Source: a virus
IMG/VR virus record: IMGVR_UViG_3300017754_002544
Span: 1-64,000 of that record
DNA length: 64,000 nt
Reading direction: 5' to 3' (one strand)
This document shows, in pieces, positions 49,972-58,769 of the stretch (its first letter is position 1; every line of letters starts with the position of its first letter). Below the pieces are notes generated by a model. It was not told the origin of the DNA, searched no databases, and saw nothing but the letters and a program-made list of their open reading frames with translations. The translations under genes were made by a program, and so were the position numbers.

Positions 49972-49991
49972 TATCTTATTCTAAATAAATT

Positions 49992-50022
49992 AAAGGTAGA
50001 TTTTGGAGTCTACCTTTTTTTT
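49992..50022 (+). terminator. Intrinsic terminator ending the structural region
   Basis: aaaggtaga-ttttggag-tctaccttt stem-loop plus T tract. Confidence 0.8.
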
Positions 50023-50036
50023 ATTAATTTAGCTCC

Positions 50037-50999
50037 ATGGAAAAGAAGGATTATAGGTATGAAGCCTTAGCTTTAGCATCTATAGGGATATCAGTTATAC
50101 CCGTAAAAGATGATGGCTCAAAGCTTCCAAAAATTAAGTGGAAAGAATTTCAGGAAAGAATAATGACTGAAGAAGAAATAGACCTACACTTTGAAAGTTG
50201 TGGAGGTGTAATTGCTATAACCGGAGAGATATCAAAGCTCCTCTGTATAGATTTCGATTTGGATAAACAAAGAGACTCAGATGATTTTTGGGGAAGATTT
50301 ATGAGCCAAGTCCCCGTCCACATGAAAGAAAGGATGCTAGTTAATCAAACTAGGTCAGGAGGATTTCACATTTGGTTAAAGACAGACTACGAAGACAAGT
50401 CTAGAAAAATCGCACACAGACCTTTAACTATTCCCGAATTGAATGATAGGTACAATATACTTATTGACAATGGAGCTAATGAAGATACAGCAACTACGAT
50501 ACTTTTAAAGAAACCTCTTGAATGTGTTATAGAGACAAGATCAAAAGGAAGTTATGGAGTTTTTGTACACCATCAGTATAAAAGATTCTATAATAAATCC
50601 TTATCTTGGTTTACTAAAGAGGAGATAGAATTCCTTTTAAATATAGCTTATAGCCTTGACTACACTTATAAACCTAAGAGAGTATTTGAGGGTAATGTTA
50701 ATTCGTATAGAATAATAGCTAAGTTCAATAAAGATACTAAAGCATCTGGCGTAGTAAGAATGTTAGAAGAATCTGGTATGTTTACAGTATTTGATATTGA
50801 TACAAATGGAAACTACAGATTGTCAAGAGTTGGCTCATCTAGTCTTTTCTCAGCGTATGTTTATGGAGATACTGGAAATCTAAAAATATTTGGATTAAAT
50901 CCATTAACAAATGATGAGAAGTCTGTCCTACAACCATTCGAAGTGTATTGTGCAGTAAACGAGCTCACTACAGATGAGGCTATTGAAAAATTAAAGTAG
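50037..50999 (+). CDS. Bifunctional DNA primase/polymerase (Prim-Pol) domain protein
   Basis: GISVIPV...K.P..KWKEFQ, ITG...LLCIDFD, QTRSGGFHIW motifs. Confidence 0.8.
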   Translation: MEKKDYRYEALALASIGISVIPVKDDGSKLPKIKWKEFQERIMTEEEIDLHFESCGGVIAITGEISKLLCIDFDLDKQRDSDDFWGRFMSQVPVHMKERMLVNQTRSGGFHIWLKTDYEDKSRKIAHRPLTIPELNDRYNILIDNGANEDTATTILLKKPLECVIETRSKGSYGVFVHHQYKRFYNKSLSWFTKEEIEFLLNIAYSLDYTYKPKRVFEGNVNSYRIIAKFNKDTKASGVVRMLEESGMFTVFDIDTNGNYRLSRVGSSSLFSAYVYGDTGNLKIFGLNPLTNDEKSVLQPFEVYCAVNELTTDEAIEKLK

Positions 51000-51003
51000 G
51001 ATT

Positions 51004-51546
51004 ATGTTAAGCAATAAGTTCTACTACTGTGAGATATGTAACTCAAAAGTAGTCATAAGATCAACTATAAAGACAGGCGATAATAAAGGCTTAAAGGTTT
51101 GTCAATCGTGTAAGATAAAGCACGATGGTAGCAAAATACAAAAGACAAAACTAAATAAAGCAAATCCAAAATCGATAGCCAAAAGAAAAGTTGAGAGAAG
51201 TGATTTGCCAGAGTTTTTTGAAAAGGCTATAGTTGAATTAAATAATAATCCTAAATGTGCTAATTGTGGATGTACGATAAATTCAAATTACAACCCACAT
51301 TGGAATATAGCACACATATTACCTAAGCATACATATAAATCAGTCATGGCTGAAGAGCTTAATTGGATCCCTTTATGTTCTTCTAAGGACCGGATAGATG
51401 GTAAAAGCTGCCATAACGACTTTGATGCTAATATATCTAGTATAGCAGACATGCCTTGTTTTATAATAGCCAAAGAGAAATTTAATAAATTTAAATCTAA
51501 AGTTGCTGAACGAGGTAAAATTTTTCATATTTTTGACCAAAACTAA
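51004..51546 (+). CDS. Zn-finger/HNH-type endonuclease
   Basis: CEIC...CQSC; CANCG...IAHILPK...LC...CHNDFD. Confidence 0.6.
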   Translation: MLSNKFYYCEICNSKVVIRSTIKTGDNKGLKVCQSCKIKHDGSKIQKTKLNKANPKSIAKRKVERSDLPEFFEKAIVELNNNPKCANCGCTINSNYNPHWNIAHILPKHTYKSVMAEELNWIPLCSSKDRIDGKSCHNDFDANISSIADMPCFIIAKEKFNKFKSKVAERGKIFHIFDQN

Positions 51547-51550
51547 TAAT

Positions 51551-52081
51551 ATGGATGTAAAAATTAAAATCTTAGATGAGGATGCAGTAATCCCAAAGTA
51601 TGCAAAGCCAGGAGATGCTGGTTTAGACTTAACAGCAATTAACATAGGATATGATGAAGATAATGGCATCATTGAATATGGAACTGGAATCGCACTAGAA
51701 ATTCCTGAAGGATATGTTGGATTAGTGTATCCTAGAAGTTCAATCAATAAGAAGCAATTGATACTATCGAATCATGTAGGAGTCATAGACTCTGGATATA
51801 GAGGAGAGATAACATTTAAGTTTAGAATAGAAGGAGAACATTGGAGTGAGATATCAGAAGAAGATGGATTCGACTATGCTCTTGTAAATGGAGAATTTGC
51901 GTATTATAGAACTGCTGAAGACGAATTCTACCATAGACCTAATGTAAAAGAAATCTATGCAGTTGGTGATAGAATCGGTCAACTTATTATTGTACCATAT
52001 CCAAAAATAAACTTTGTAGAAGTTGAGGAGTTATCTGAGACATCTAGAGGCAAAGGAGGTTTTGGTTCAACAGGACATTAA
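51551..52081 (+). CDS. dut: Trimeric dUTPase
   Basis: AGLDL, PRSS, GVIDSGYRGE, GDRIGQL, RGKGGFGSTG; start moved to ATG 51551. Confidence 0.95.
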   Translation: MDVKIKILDEDAVIPKYAKPGDAGLDLTAINIGYDEDNGIIEYGTGIALEIPEGYVGLVYPRSSINKKQLILSNHVGVIDSGYRGEITFKFRIEGEHWSEISEEDGFDYALVNGEFAYYRTAEDEFYHRPNVKEIYAVGDRIGQLIIVPYPKINFVEVEELSETSRGKGGFGSTGH

Positions 52082-52228
52082 ATGGATATACCATCTCTAA
52101 TAATAGTGCTATTTATACTTCTAAGTCTGAAGCTAGAGCTATCCTTAGATAAGCTAGAGGATGGCACTACTATTATATGGTATACATCTATATCTACTGG
52201 TAAAAGGAAGTATATTAAAATATATTAA
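52082..52228 (+). CDS. Small protein with N-terminal hydrophobic helix (48 aa; not in ORF track)
   Basis: MDIPSLIIVLFILLSLKLELSLDKLEDGTTIIWYTSISTGKRKYIKIY; exactly fills the gap after dut. Confidence 0.6.
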   Translation: MDIPSLIIVLFILLSLKLELSLDKLEDGTTIIWYTSISTGKRKYIKIY

Positions 52229-52239
52229 ATTTTCTAATT

Positions 52240-52836
52240 ATGTATATAAACTTTAAGTTACTCAATAAAAAAGGATTAGAAATATTGGATTTAGTTCTAC
52301 TACAATTAGCCAAGCAGAACAAATCAGAAGACTTATCTAACGAGATAAGCCTATACTCCAAAAATAGAATGGAGACCTTAGTTGAAAAAGGTTACTTGAC
52401 TTTTATTAAGGGTAATAAATCTGATAATGAATACCAAAGATTGAGGATAACAAAATCTGGAAATAGCTTCCTAGAAGACTTAGAAACACCTGAAGTTTTA
52501 GAAGAAGATTTACTTCTATTTGATTGGATATCAAATGTATACATATCTAGAGGAAAGGAGATAGGAAATAAGAAGAAGACTAAAATGTACATAGCTCTTT
52601 TCAGAGTTCAAAGTGGAATTGAAAAGAATCATTTAGCTATTCTCTTAGATGAATTTGTAAAGGATGATAACAATATGGAGTACAACAATAGATTAGAATA
52701 TGCATTTTTTAAGGCTAGTAATGTATTCCAAACCAAATTTGAATTAGATCAGAGTAGGCTGTACACATATTATTTAAAAAGAAAGCAATATTTTGATTCA
52801 GTATTTTCTAAAGTAGAAGTTGAGGAGACAGTATGA
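52240..52836 (+). CDS. Hypothetical protein, possible winged-helix replication initiator/loader
   Basis: LVEKGYL...LRITKSG wHTH-like pattern; overlaps the helicase start. Confidence 0.5.
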   Translation: MYINFKLLNKKGLEILDLVLLQLAKQNKSEDLSNEISLYSKNRMETLVEKGYLTFIKGNKSDNEYQRLRITKSGNSFLEDLETPEVLEEDLLLFDWISNVYISRGKEIGNKKKTKMYIALFRVQSGIEKNHLAILLDEFVKDDNNMEYNNRLEYAFFKASNVFQTKFELDQSRLYTYYLKRKQYFDSVFSKVEVEETV

Positions 52837-54011
52837 CTAAAGAGCAAATAGATAAGATAATTCAGGAAGGAAATAGGCAAGCAGTTATCAAGGCTTGTTC
52901 TGAGATAGCTGCTATACAAAAGAATACAATACCATCCATAAAGACTGGAATTGACCACCTTGATAACTTTTTACCAACTGGTCTAAACAATCAGATGGTA
53001 TTCATAGGTGCTAGACCATCTATGGGTAAAACTCACATGGCAAATACAATAAAGTCAAACCTCTTAAGTAAAGATATAAATCCAAGGTCTGAGATATCTT
53101 TATTAGTTCTCAACTGGGAAATGCAGTTGAAGTCCCTGATACTTAGGGATATGAAGAAAGTTTTGAATAGGGGTATGAAAGATATCTTATCAAAAGAATT
53201 TACTGAAGATGAAAAAGAGAAAGTGTCTGAAGCTATTGGAGAGTTACTTGATGATAGAGTTCTAAACTTTGATCAGACAGTTGAAGGTAATGAATTTGAA
53301 TATCTAGTTAGGCAATACATAAACAAGAATGATGGTAAAGAAGTTATCATACTTATTGACCATATCCATGTACTACTTACGAAGAAACAAATAGATGAGT
53401 TCTTAAAACTATGCAATGACCTTAAGAAAGAATTTACAAATGTGTCTTTTATTATCTTCTTCCAATTAAATCGAGAGATAGAAAAAAGATGGAGAGGTGG
53501 AGCTGATGCAAAAGTTAAATTGAATCCTAAGAATTTTGTACCTAACTCAAGCGATATATACAATACAGATAGTTTGTATCAATTTGCTGATATCATTATG
53601 ACATTAGTAATACCTCAAGTAGTTGACTTAGACGAATATACTACTGTAAGTAAGGATAGGAATGCACATTTGAAGTCCCATTTCATAGGAGATGGTGATG
53701 ACAACAAAACAGCTAGGCTCAAAGGTAGAAACCGGGTTTATCAGAATTATATAAAGATAAGAAACAATGATAACTTTGAAGAGCCTAGACTATTTTGCGA
53801 TGTCATAAATCCTGATATTGAAAAGGTAATAACTGATTTGTACTACAATGAATCCAAGCAACAGAAGTCTAGACCTACATTCACTAAAGAGAGCTCTATA
53901 CCAATAGTTGATACTACTGTTCCATTTATTTCAATAAGTACATTGAATAATAGTAGCGCAAGAGGTCAAGGATTTGAGGACAACCCAACTCCTACAAATG
54001 TTCCATTTTAA
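52833..54011 (+). CDS. dnaB: DnaB-like replicative helicase
   Basis: KTGIDHLD, Walker A GARPSMGKT, Walker B ILIDH, FQLNR, QFADII. Confidence 0.85.
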   Translation: MTKEQIDKIIQEGNRQAVIKACSEIAAIQKNTIPSIKTGIDHLDNFLPTGLNNQMVFIGARPSMGKTHMANTIKSNLLSKDINPRSEISLLVLNWEMQLKSLILRDMKKVLNRGMKDILSKEFTEDEKEKVSEAIGELLDDRVLNFDQTVEGNEFEYLVRQYINKNDGKEVIILIDHIHVLLTKKQIDEFLKLCNDLKKEFTNVSFIIFFQLNREIEKRWRGGADAKVKLNPKNFVPNSSDIYNTDSLYQFADIIMTLVIPQVVDLDEYTTVSKDRNAHLKSHFIGDGDDNKTARLKGRNRVYQNYIKIRNNDNFEEPRLFCDVINPDIEKVITDLYYNESKQQKSRPTFTKESSIPIVDTTVPFISISTLNNSSARGQGFEDNPTPTNVPF

Positions 54012-54042
54012 CCTACAAATTTATTAATATACTTAGTATGTT

Positions 54043-54074
54043 TTTGCTAAATAAAATTTTACTACTTACATTTG
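54043..54074 (+). promoter_or_regulatory. Bacteroidota sigma-A promoter
   Basis: TTTG (54043-54046), 20 nt, TACATTTG (54067-54074). Confidence 0.7.
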
Positions 54075-54183
54075 GTTTATGAGTTGGAATTAAAGAAATT
54101 ACAACAAGAAGGAAACAAGAGGTTGTTTACCGTAAGTCCTCAGATTTTCAAGCACATACCTTGTAAGAATAAAATTCACTCAC

Positions 54184-54218
54184 AAATCCTCCAATTTATT
54201 TTGGGGGATTTCTTTTTT
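54184..54218 (+). terminator. Intrinsic terminator
   Basis: aaatcctccaa-tttatt-ttgggggattt stem-loop followed by ctttttt. Confidence 0.7.
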
Positions 54219-54235
54219 ATATAGATATTAATTAA

Positions 54236-54243
54236 TATATTTG
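54236..54243 (+). promoter_or_regulatory. Bacteroidota -7 element for the DNA polymerase gene
   Basis: TATATTTG 14 nt before ATG 54258. Confidence 0.6.
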
Positions 54244-54257
54244 TTCATCAAAACCAA

Positions 54258-57185
54258 ATGATGAACTTAGACAAAGTTTTTGTAGTTGATATCGAATGTG
54301 ATGGATTGTTAGATACTCTGACAAAGCTACACGTACTATCTGCCTGCTACTATAGTGAAAATAATAAGTGGGAAATTATTAGTACAAATGATTCAGCTAG
54401 GATACAAAACTTAGTTGGAAATCCTGATAACGTAATTGTCGGCCACAACTTTATTGGTTACGATAAACCTGCCCTAGAAAAACTCGGATATGAATTCAAA
54501 GCTCAAGTAATTGATACTTTGGGCCTAAGTTGGTATTTGTATAATGAACATCTAAAGCATGGCCTAGAATCTTGGGGAGAAAGATTTGGAGTTCCTAAAC
54601 CAGAAATTGAAGATTGGGAGAATCTTACATACGAAGATTATAAGCATAGATGCGAGGAGGATGTCAAGATAAACACTAACCTATGGGTTAAGATGTTATC
54701 CCTATTAACCGAATTATACGAAGATAGGAATACAATAATAAGTGTTATAAAATACTTCACATTCAAAATGGAATGCCTTCGATATCAGGAAGAAAACAAA
54801 GTATTAATTGATATTGAGAAGTGTAAAGAGAACTTAGGAATACTAGAGTCCATAATTGAAGAGAAGAACGAGCAGTTGAAAAAGGTAATGCCTAAAGTTC
54901 CTAAGTATAGTGTAAGAAAAAAGCCAGCCAATCCTTTTAAAAAAGATGGTTCATTATCAGCAGCAGGAGAAAGATGGTTCGACCTATTAGAGAAAGCTAA
55001 TCTCCCAAGTGATTACGATGGAGAACTCAAAGAAGTAGTTAAATATGATGATCCAAATCCAGCATCTGATCAGCAAATGAAGGATTACTTAACATCACTT
55101 GGATGGACACCAAAGTTCTTCAAAGATGGTGCTAATGGTAAAGTACCACAGTTGAGAGATGATGATAAGAATCTATGCCCAAACATTCAAAAACTAATAG
55201 CAATCAAGCCTGAATTAGAAGCATTGGATGGATTGTCTGTCGCTTCCCATAGAGCTGGGTATCTCAAAGCCTTTTTAAAATATGCAGATAAGGATGGTTA
55301 TGCTATAGCTAGATGCAATGGATTTGCAAAGACAATAAGGTTAAAGCATTCAAACCCATTTGTTAATCTACCAAAACCAACTGCTCAATATGGAGAATAT
55401 GTTAGGTCTGTAATGATAGCACCTCCAGGAAAAGTTCTTATTGGAAGTGACGTATCTTCTTTAGAGGATAAGACTAAGCAAATAGCAATTTATAGTTATG
55501 ATCCTGACTACGTTGAACAAATGAACGTAAAAGGATGGGATGCTCACTTAGATATTGGGGAGCGTTCAGGACTATTGAATAGTGAGGAAATAAAATTCTT
55601 TAAGTGGTTTAAATCTAAAGATAAAAAGCAAGAGGATTGTCCTGAGATATACTTAAATTTTTCTGAGGAAGCTTTAGAGAAAGAGTTTGTAAGACTATCT
55701 AAGAAGAGAGCTGTTGCTAAAACTGTAAACTATGCGTGTCTACCTCAAGATAATACAGAAGTTCTTACTAAATATGGGTGGAAGTTTGTTGACGATTTAT
55801 CTATAGATGATGAAGTTCTGACATATAATTCTGAATTAGACAAAACAGAATTTTCACCAATAAGATACATACATAAGTACAAAGATGCAGAAGTTATTAA
55901 TATGTCTAACAAATGGTGGTCTATTGAATCCACAAAAGACCATAGGTGGTTTGGTAAAAAGAGATTCGATCATAGTGGTAAAAAAGTATATAAAAATATT
56001 TTTCTAACTACTAGTGAAATAAACTCTGAATTTAGTATACTTAATTCGGCTGAATATAAAGGAGGCGACTCTGATATTAGTTTAAATGATGCAGAGCTCC
56101 TAGGATGGATAGCTTCTGATGGATATCTCAAGTGGTCTGATATAAGTAGTGGTAGTTCAACATCTAAAGGTCGAAAAAGGGGTATAAAATGTTCTATAGC
56201 TCAATCAAAAAAGAAGTACTTTAACGATATCAAAAAACTACTAGATGATATGGAAGCTAATTATTCAATTAGTGAGAATAATTCAAATGTACATGTATTT
56301 ACAATTAACTCTAGTTGGATAAGAAATTTTATGGATAAGATTTTAAAAGATAGAAGTAATAAGCATGAAATAGATTGGGTCTCTCTTATTTTAAGTATGA
56401 AAATAGAATCTATTGAAAGATTTTTTATAGCCTTTTTCAAAGGAGATGGTACATATAGAGATACTAAATCTTTAACTATAACTCAAAATAGAGGCAATAT
56501 TCTAGATGCAATTGAGTTATGTGGCAACCTACTTGGGTATAGAACTACAAAATCTAATAGAAAATCGAATAAAAAATGTTTTGATATCAACTTTAGCAAA
56601 CTGAATTATACAACTGGCCAAAGAATAGTTAGAAAATTTTCTAGAATTACAGATGTATTCTGCTTAACAGTAGACAATGGTACATTTTTGATTAGACAAA
56701 ATAATACCATAACTATAACTGGAAATTGCACATATGGCGCAGGTGCTGCTAAGATAGCTGAATCAGCAGGTATACCACAAAAGGAAGCTAGTGGTGTAGT
56801 AAAGGCATATTGGGAAAGAAATTGGTCTGTTAAACAATATGCCGAAGATAGGGAAACAAAGCAAGCAGATGGCAAGACTTGGGTATATAATCCATATAGT
56901 AAGTTATGGCTTTACTTAACATCTGAACATATAAAGTTCTCAGCTTGTAATCAGAATGCTGGTGTAAAGATGTTTGATTTATGGATTTACTTTATGATAA
57001 ATGAAGGGCTAAAACCCATAGCTCAATTCCATGATGAAGTTTTATTATGTGTAGATGAAGACAAAGCTGAATGGGCTGAGAAGACTCTTCATAAATGTAT
57101 GGAGAATGTAAATAATTTATTAGGTTATCCAATAAAATTAGAAGTAGATGTTCAAGTTGGAAGAACCTATGCTGATGTACATTAA
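54258..57185 (+). CDS. polA: Family A DNA polymerase with 3'-5' exonuclease, intein-containing
   Basis: Exonuclease motifs DIECD, GHNFIGYD, CEEDV; motif A GSDVSSLE; motif B R..AKTVNYA|CTYG; motif C QFHDEV. Confidence 0.92.
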   Translation: MMNLDKVFVVDIECDGLLDTLTKLHVLSACYYSENNKWEIISTNDSARIQNLVGNPDNVIVGHNFIGYDKPALEKLGYEFKAQVIDTLGLSWYLYNEHLKHGLESWGERFGVPKPEIEDWENLTYEDYKHRCEEDVKINTNLWVKMLSLLTELYEDRNTIISVIKYFTFKMECLRYQEENKVLIDIEKCKENLGILESIIEEKNEQLKKVMPKVPKYSVRKKPANPFKKDGSLSAAGERWFDLLEKANLPSDYDGELKEVVKYDDPNPASDQQMKDYLTSLGWTPKFFKDGANGKVPQLRDDDKNLCPNIQKLIAIKPELEALDGLSVASHRAGYLKAFLKYADKDGYAIARCNGFAKTIRLKHSNPFVNLPKPTAQYGEYVRSVMIAPPGKVLIGSDVSSLEDKTKQIAIYSYDPDYVEQMNVKGWDAHLDIGERSGLLNSEEIKFFKWFKSKDKKQEDCPEIYLNFSEEALEKEFVRLSKKRAVAKTVNYACLPQDNTEVLTKYGWKFVDDLSIDDEVLTYNSELDKTEFSPIRYIHKYKDAEVINMSNKWWSIESTKDHRWFGKKRFDHSGKKVYKNIFLTTSEINSEFSILNSAEYKGGDSDISLNDAELLGWIASDGYLKWSDISSGSSTSKGRKRGIKCSIAQSKKKYFNDIKKLLDDMEANYSISENNSNVHVFTINSSWIRNFMDKILKDRSNKHEIDWVSLILSMKIESIERFFIAFFKGDGTYRDTKSLTITQNRGNILDAIELCGNLLGYRTTKSNRKSNKKCFDINFSKLNYTTGQRIVRKFSRITDVFCLTVDNGTFLIRQNNTITITGNCTYGAGAAKIAESAGIPQKEASGVVKAYWERNWSVKQYAEDRETKQADGKTWVYNPYSKLWLYLTSEHIKFSACNQNAGVKMFDLWIYFMINEGLKPIAQFHDEVLLCVDEDKAEWAEKTLHKCMENVNNLLGYPIKLEVDVQVGRTYADVH
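55737..56726 (+). mobile_element. Intein with LAGLIDADG homing endonuclease (330 aa) in polymerase motif B
   Basis: Begins CLPQDNTEVLT..GW; block B STKDHRW; LLGWIASDG and FFIAFFKGDG; DVFCLTV..GTF; ends ITGN with +1 Cys. Confidence 0.92.
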
Positions 57186-57200
57186 TTTAAATTTATAGAT

Positions 57201-57581
57201 ATGACTAAAGAAGAGATGAGTGATTTCCTTAAATCTATTGGAGGCTTAAAGTATGGTTACTATTCAAATAGTTCACCAGTTTCAGATCCACATATGTTTG
57301 ATATTGAACCAGGATGGTATAAATTAGTAAAAGAACTAATAGAAGATTTAATTGAACTTGGATGGGATAGAAGTGTTTCACAAGTTAAAGAAAAATTTGG
57401 GAGCCTTAGATTTTATATTCCATCAGGATCCGATGAAATGCATGATAGGATAACTAAAGCTGAAGACGATAGTTATTTTATATGTGAAGTAACAGGATTA
57501 CCTGGTGAAGTTAGACCAGATTTAGGATGGTGGAGAACACTTTGTGATGAAGAGTATAAAAAAGCAAAAGGGATAAGATGA
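57201..57581 (+). CDS. Hypothetical phage protein
   Basis: GW..L...QVKEKFGSLRFY...CEVTG...WWRTLC pattern common in phage proteins. Confidence 0.7.
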   Translation: MTKEEMSDFLKSIGGLKYGYYSNSSPVSDPHMFDIEPGWYKLVKELIEDLIELGWDRSVSQVKEKFGSLRFYIPSGSDEMHDRITKAEDDSYFICEVTGLPGEVRPDLGWWRTLCDEEYKKAKGIR

Positions 57582-58162
57582 ACACATTACATCTAACAGA
57601 TGAGCAATTGATTATTGTTCAACAAGCATTGGATTTTTATTCTAGAATTGGTATAGGTCAATTTGATAAGATAAAAGACCATCCTACTTTCCAAAGATTT
57701 CTAGAAGAAGTGTGTAGACCAAAGAAGGAACCTGAAGTTGGAGATAGAACCCCACAAGGAGAGATACTAGAAATTAAAAATAAAAAAGCTTTGATTAATG
57801 GAAGCGTTGGAAAAGATGGATTTTGGTGTGATAAAAAAGCTTGGAAGAAATTAAAAGATGTAAAACTATCTACTGATTACACTAGATATCATACACTAAG
57901 AGATGAAGCTGATAGAGCATTTATACAACCAAGAAACATCTTGATAAACGATATTTCTATGCCACTACATGGTTCATGGGGAATCTATAATGAGTCTGTA
58001 GATGATTCTTGTAGAATTGCTTTTGATATCGTTCAAGTAATTAGGCATGAAAAATGGAAGCAAAATCCAAAAAAATCCAATATGACTGTGGACTCTCATA
58101 TACATTTTTCACATAGAAAAGATAATTCCTCCGATAAAATAAAATGCGAAATTGATAAATAG
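57578..58162 (+). CDS. Hypothetical protein
   Basis: 194 aa; ATGA overlap with the previous ORF. Confidence 0.7.
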   Translation: MNTLHLTDEQLIIVQQALDFYSRIGIGQFDKIKDHPTFQRFLEEVCRPKKEPEVGDRTPQGEILEIKNKKALINGSVGKDGFWCDKKAWKKLKDVKLSTDYTRYHTLRDEADRAFIQPRNILINDISMPLHGSWGIYNESVDDSCRIAFDIVQVIRHEKWKQNPKKSNMTVDSHIHFSHRKDNSSDKIKCEIDK

Positions 58163-58227
58163 CATTTAAGCTAATATATTTTTTTATTTCAATATTAAAA
58201 TGTATATTCGAATCTAACAAAGTAGTT

Positions 58228-58650
58228 ATGTCTATGAAAAGATTACTTCAAACTAGGGTAGATGAATTGCATCTAGATGAAAAGGAAGAGATTAAAAGCA
58301 GAGACAATGCTTATGCTACAGTCGTAGCTTGCTTCTTAGATTACGAAGACGCTGAAGATTGCTTACAAATTCAGGAACATTTTCCGGAAGAAGGCAATGA
58401 AGATGATGTAGCTTGGATGCTTGTACTTTCTTTTTGGTTATCAGAAAGGGGTTATGATTGGGGATCTATGAGTGGACATTTATACGATGACTCTTATTAT
58501 ATAGTTATAGGAGAAAGCTTTAGAATGATGCCACACGTTTGTATATACAAGAATGGGCATCTATGGCATGATCCACATCCAGATGGAACAGGGTTACTTA
58601 CCGAAGAATTATTTGAATACATCAGACCAAATAAAGTAATTTTTCAGTAA
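58228..58650 (+). CDS. Hypothetical protein, possible papain/C39-like fold
   Basis: QT...(DNA)YATVVACFL...G.S.R..PHVCIY..G..WHDPHP; expected catalytic Cys not evident. Confidence 0.5.
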   Translation: MSMKRLLQTRVDELHLDEKEEIKSRDNAYATVVACFLDYEDAEDCLQIQEHFPEEGNEDDVAWMLVLSFWLSERGYDWGSMSGHLYDDSYYIVIGESFRMMPHVCIYKNGHLWHDPHPDGTGLLTEELFEYIRPNKVIFQ

Positions 58651-58670
58651 GTATAAAATACTAGAATTAA

Positions 58671-58702
58671 TTTGGATTATACGTAATTAATACTTATCTT
58701 TG
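58671..58702 (+). promoter_or_regulatory. Bacteroidota sigma-A promoter with no downstream ORF
   Basis: TTTG (58671-58674), 20 nt, TATCTTTG (58695-58702). Confidence 0.6.
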
Positions 58703-58739
58703 ATTTGAAGTTATTATAATCTGTTTATGTATTGTTTTT

Positions 58740-58769
58740 GCCTCCCTATTTTTAGGGAGGTATTTTTTT
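58740..58769. terminator. Terminator at the convergence of the + and - gene blocks
   Basis: gcctcccta-ttt-tagggaggt stem-loop followed by a T tract. Confidence 0.8.

Noticed and set aside
223-56875. Many short minus-strand ORFs in the track (e.g. 223-471, 26103-26498, 39353-39931, 51373-51747)
   Set aside because: Antisense shadows of long + strand genes with Phe/Leu/Ser-rich composition and no motifs or promoters
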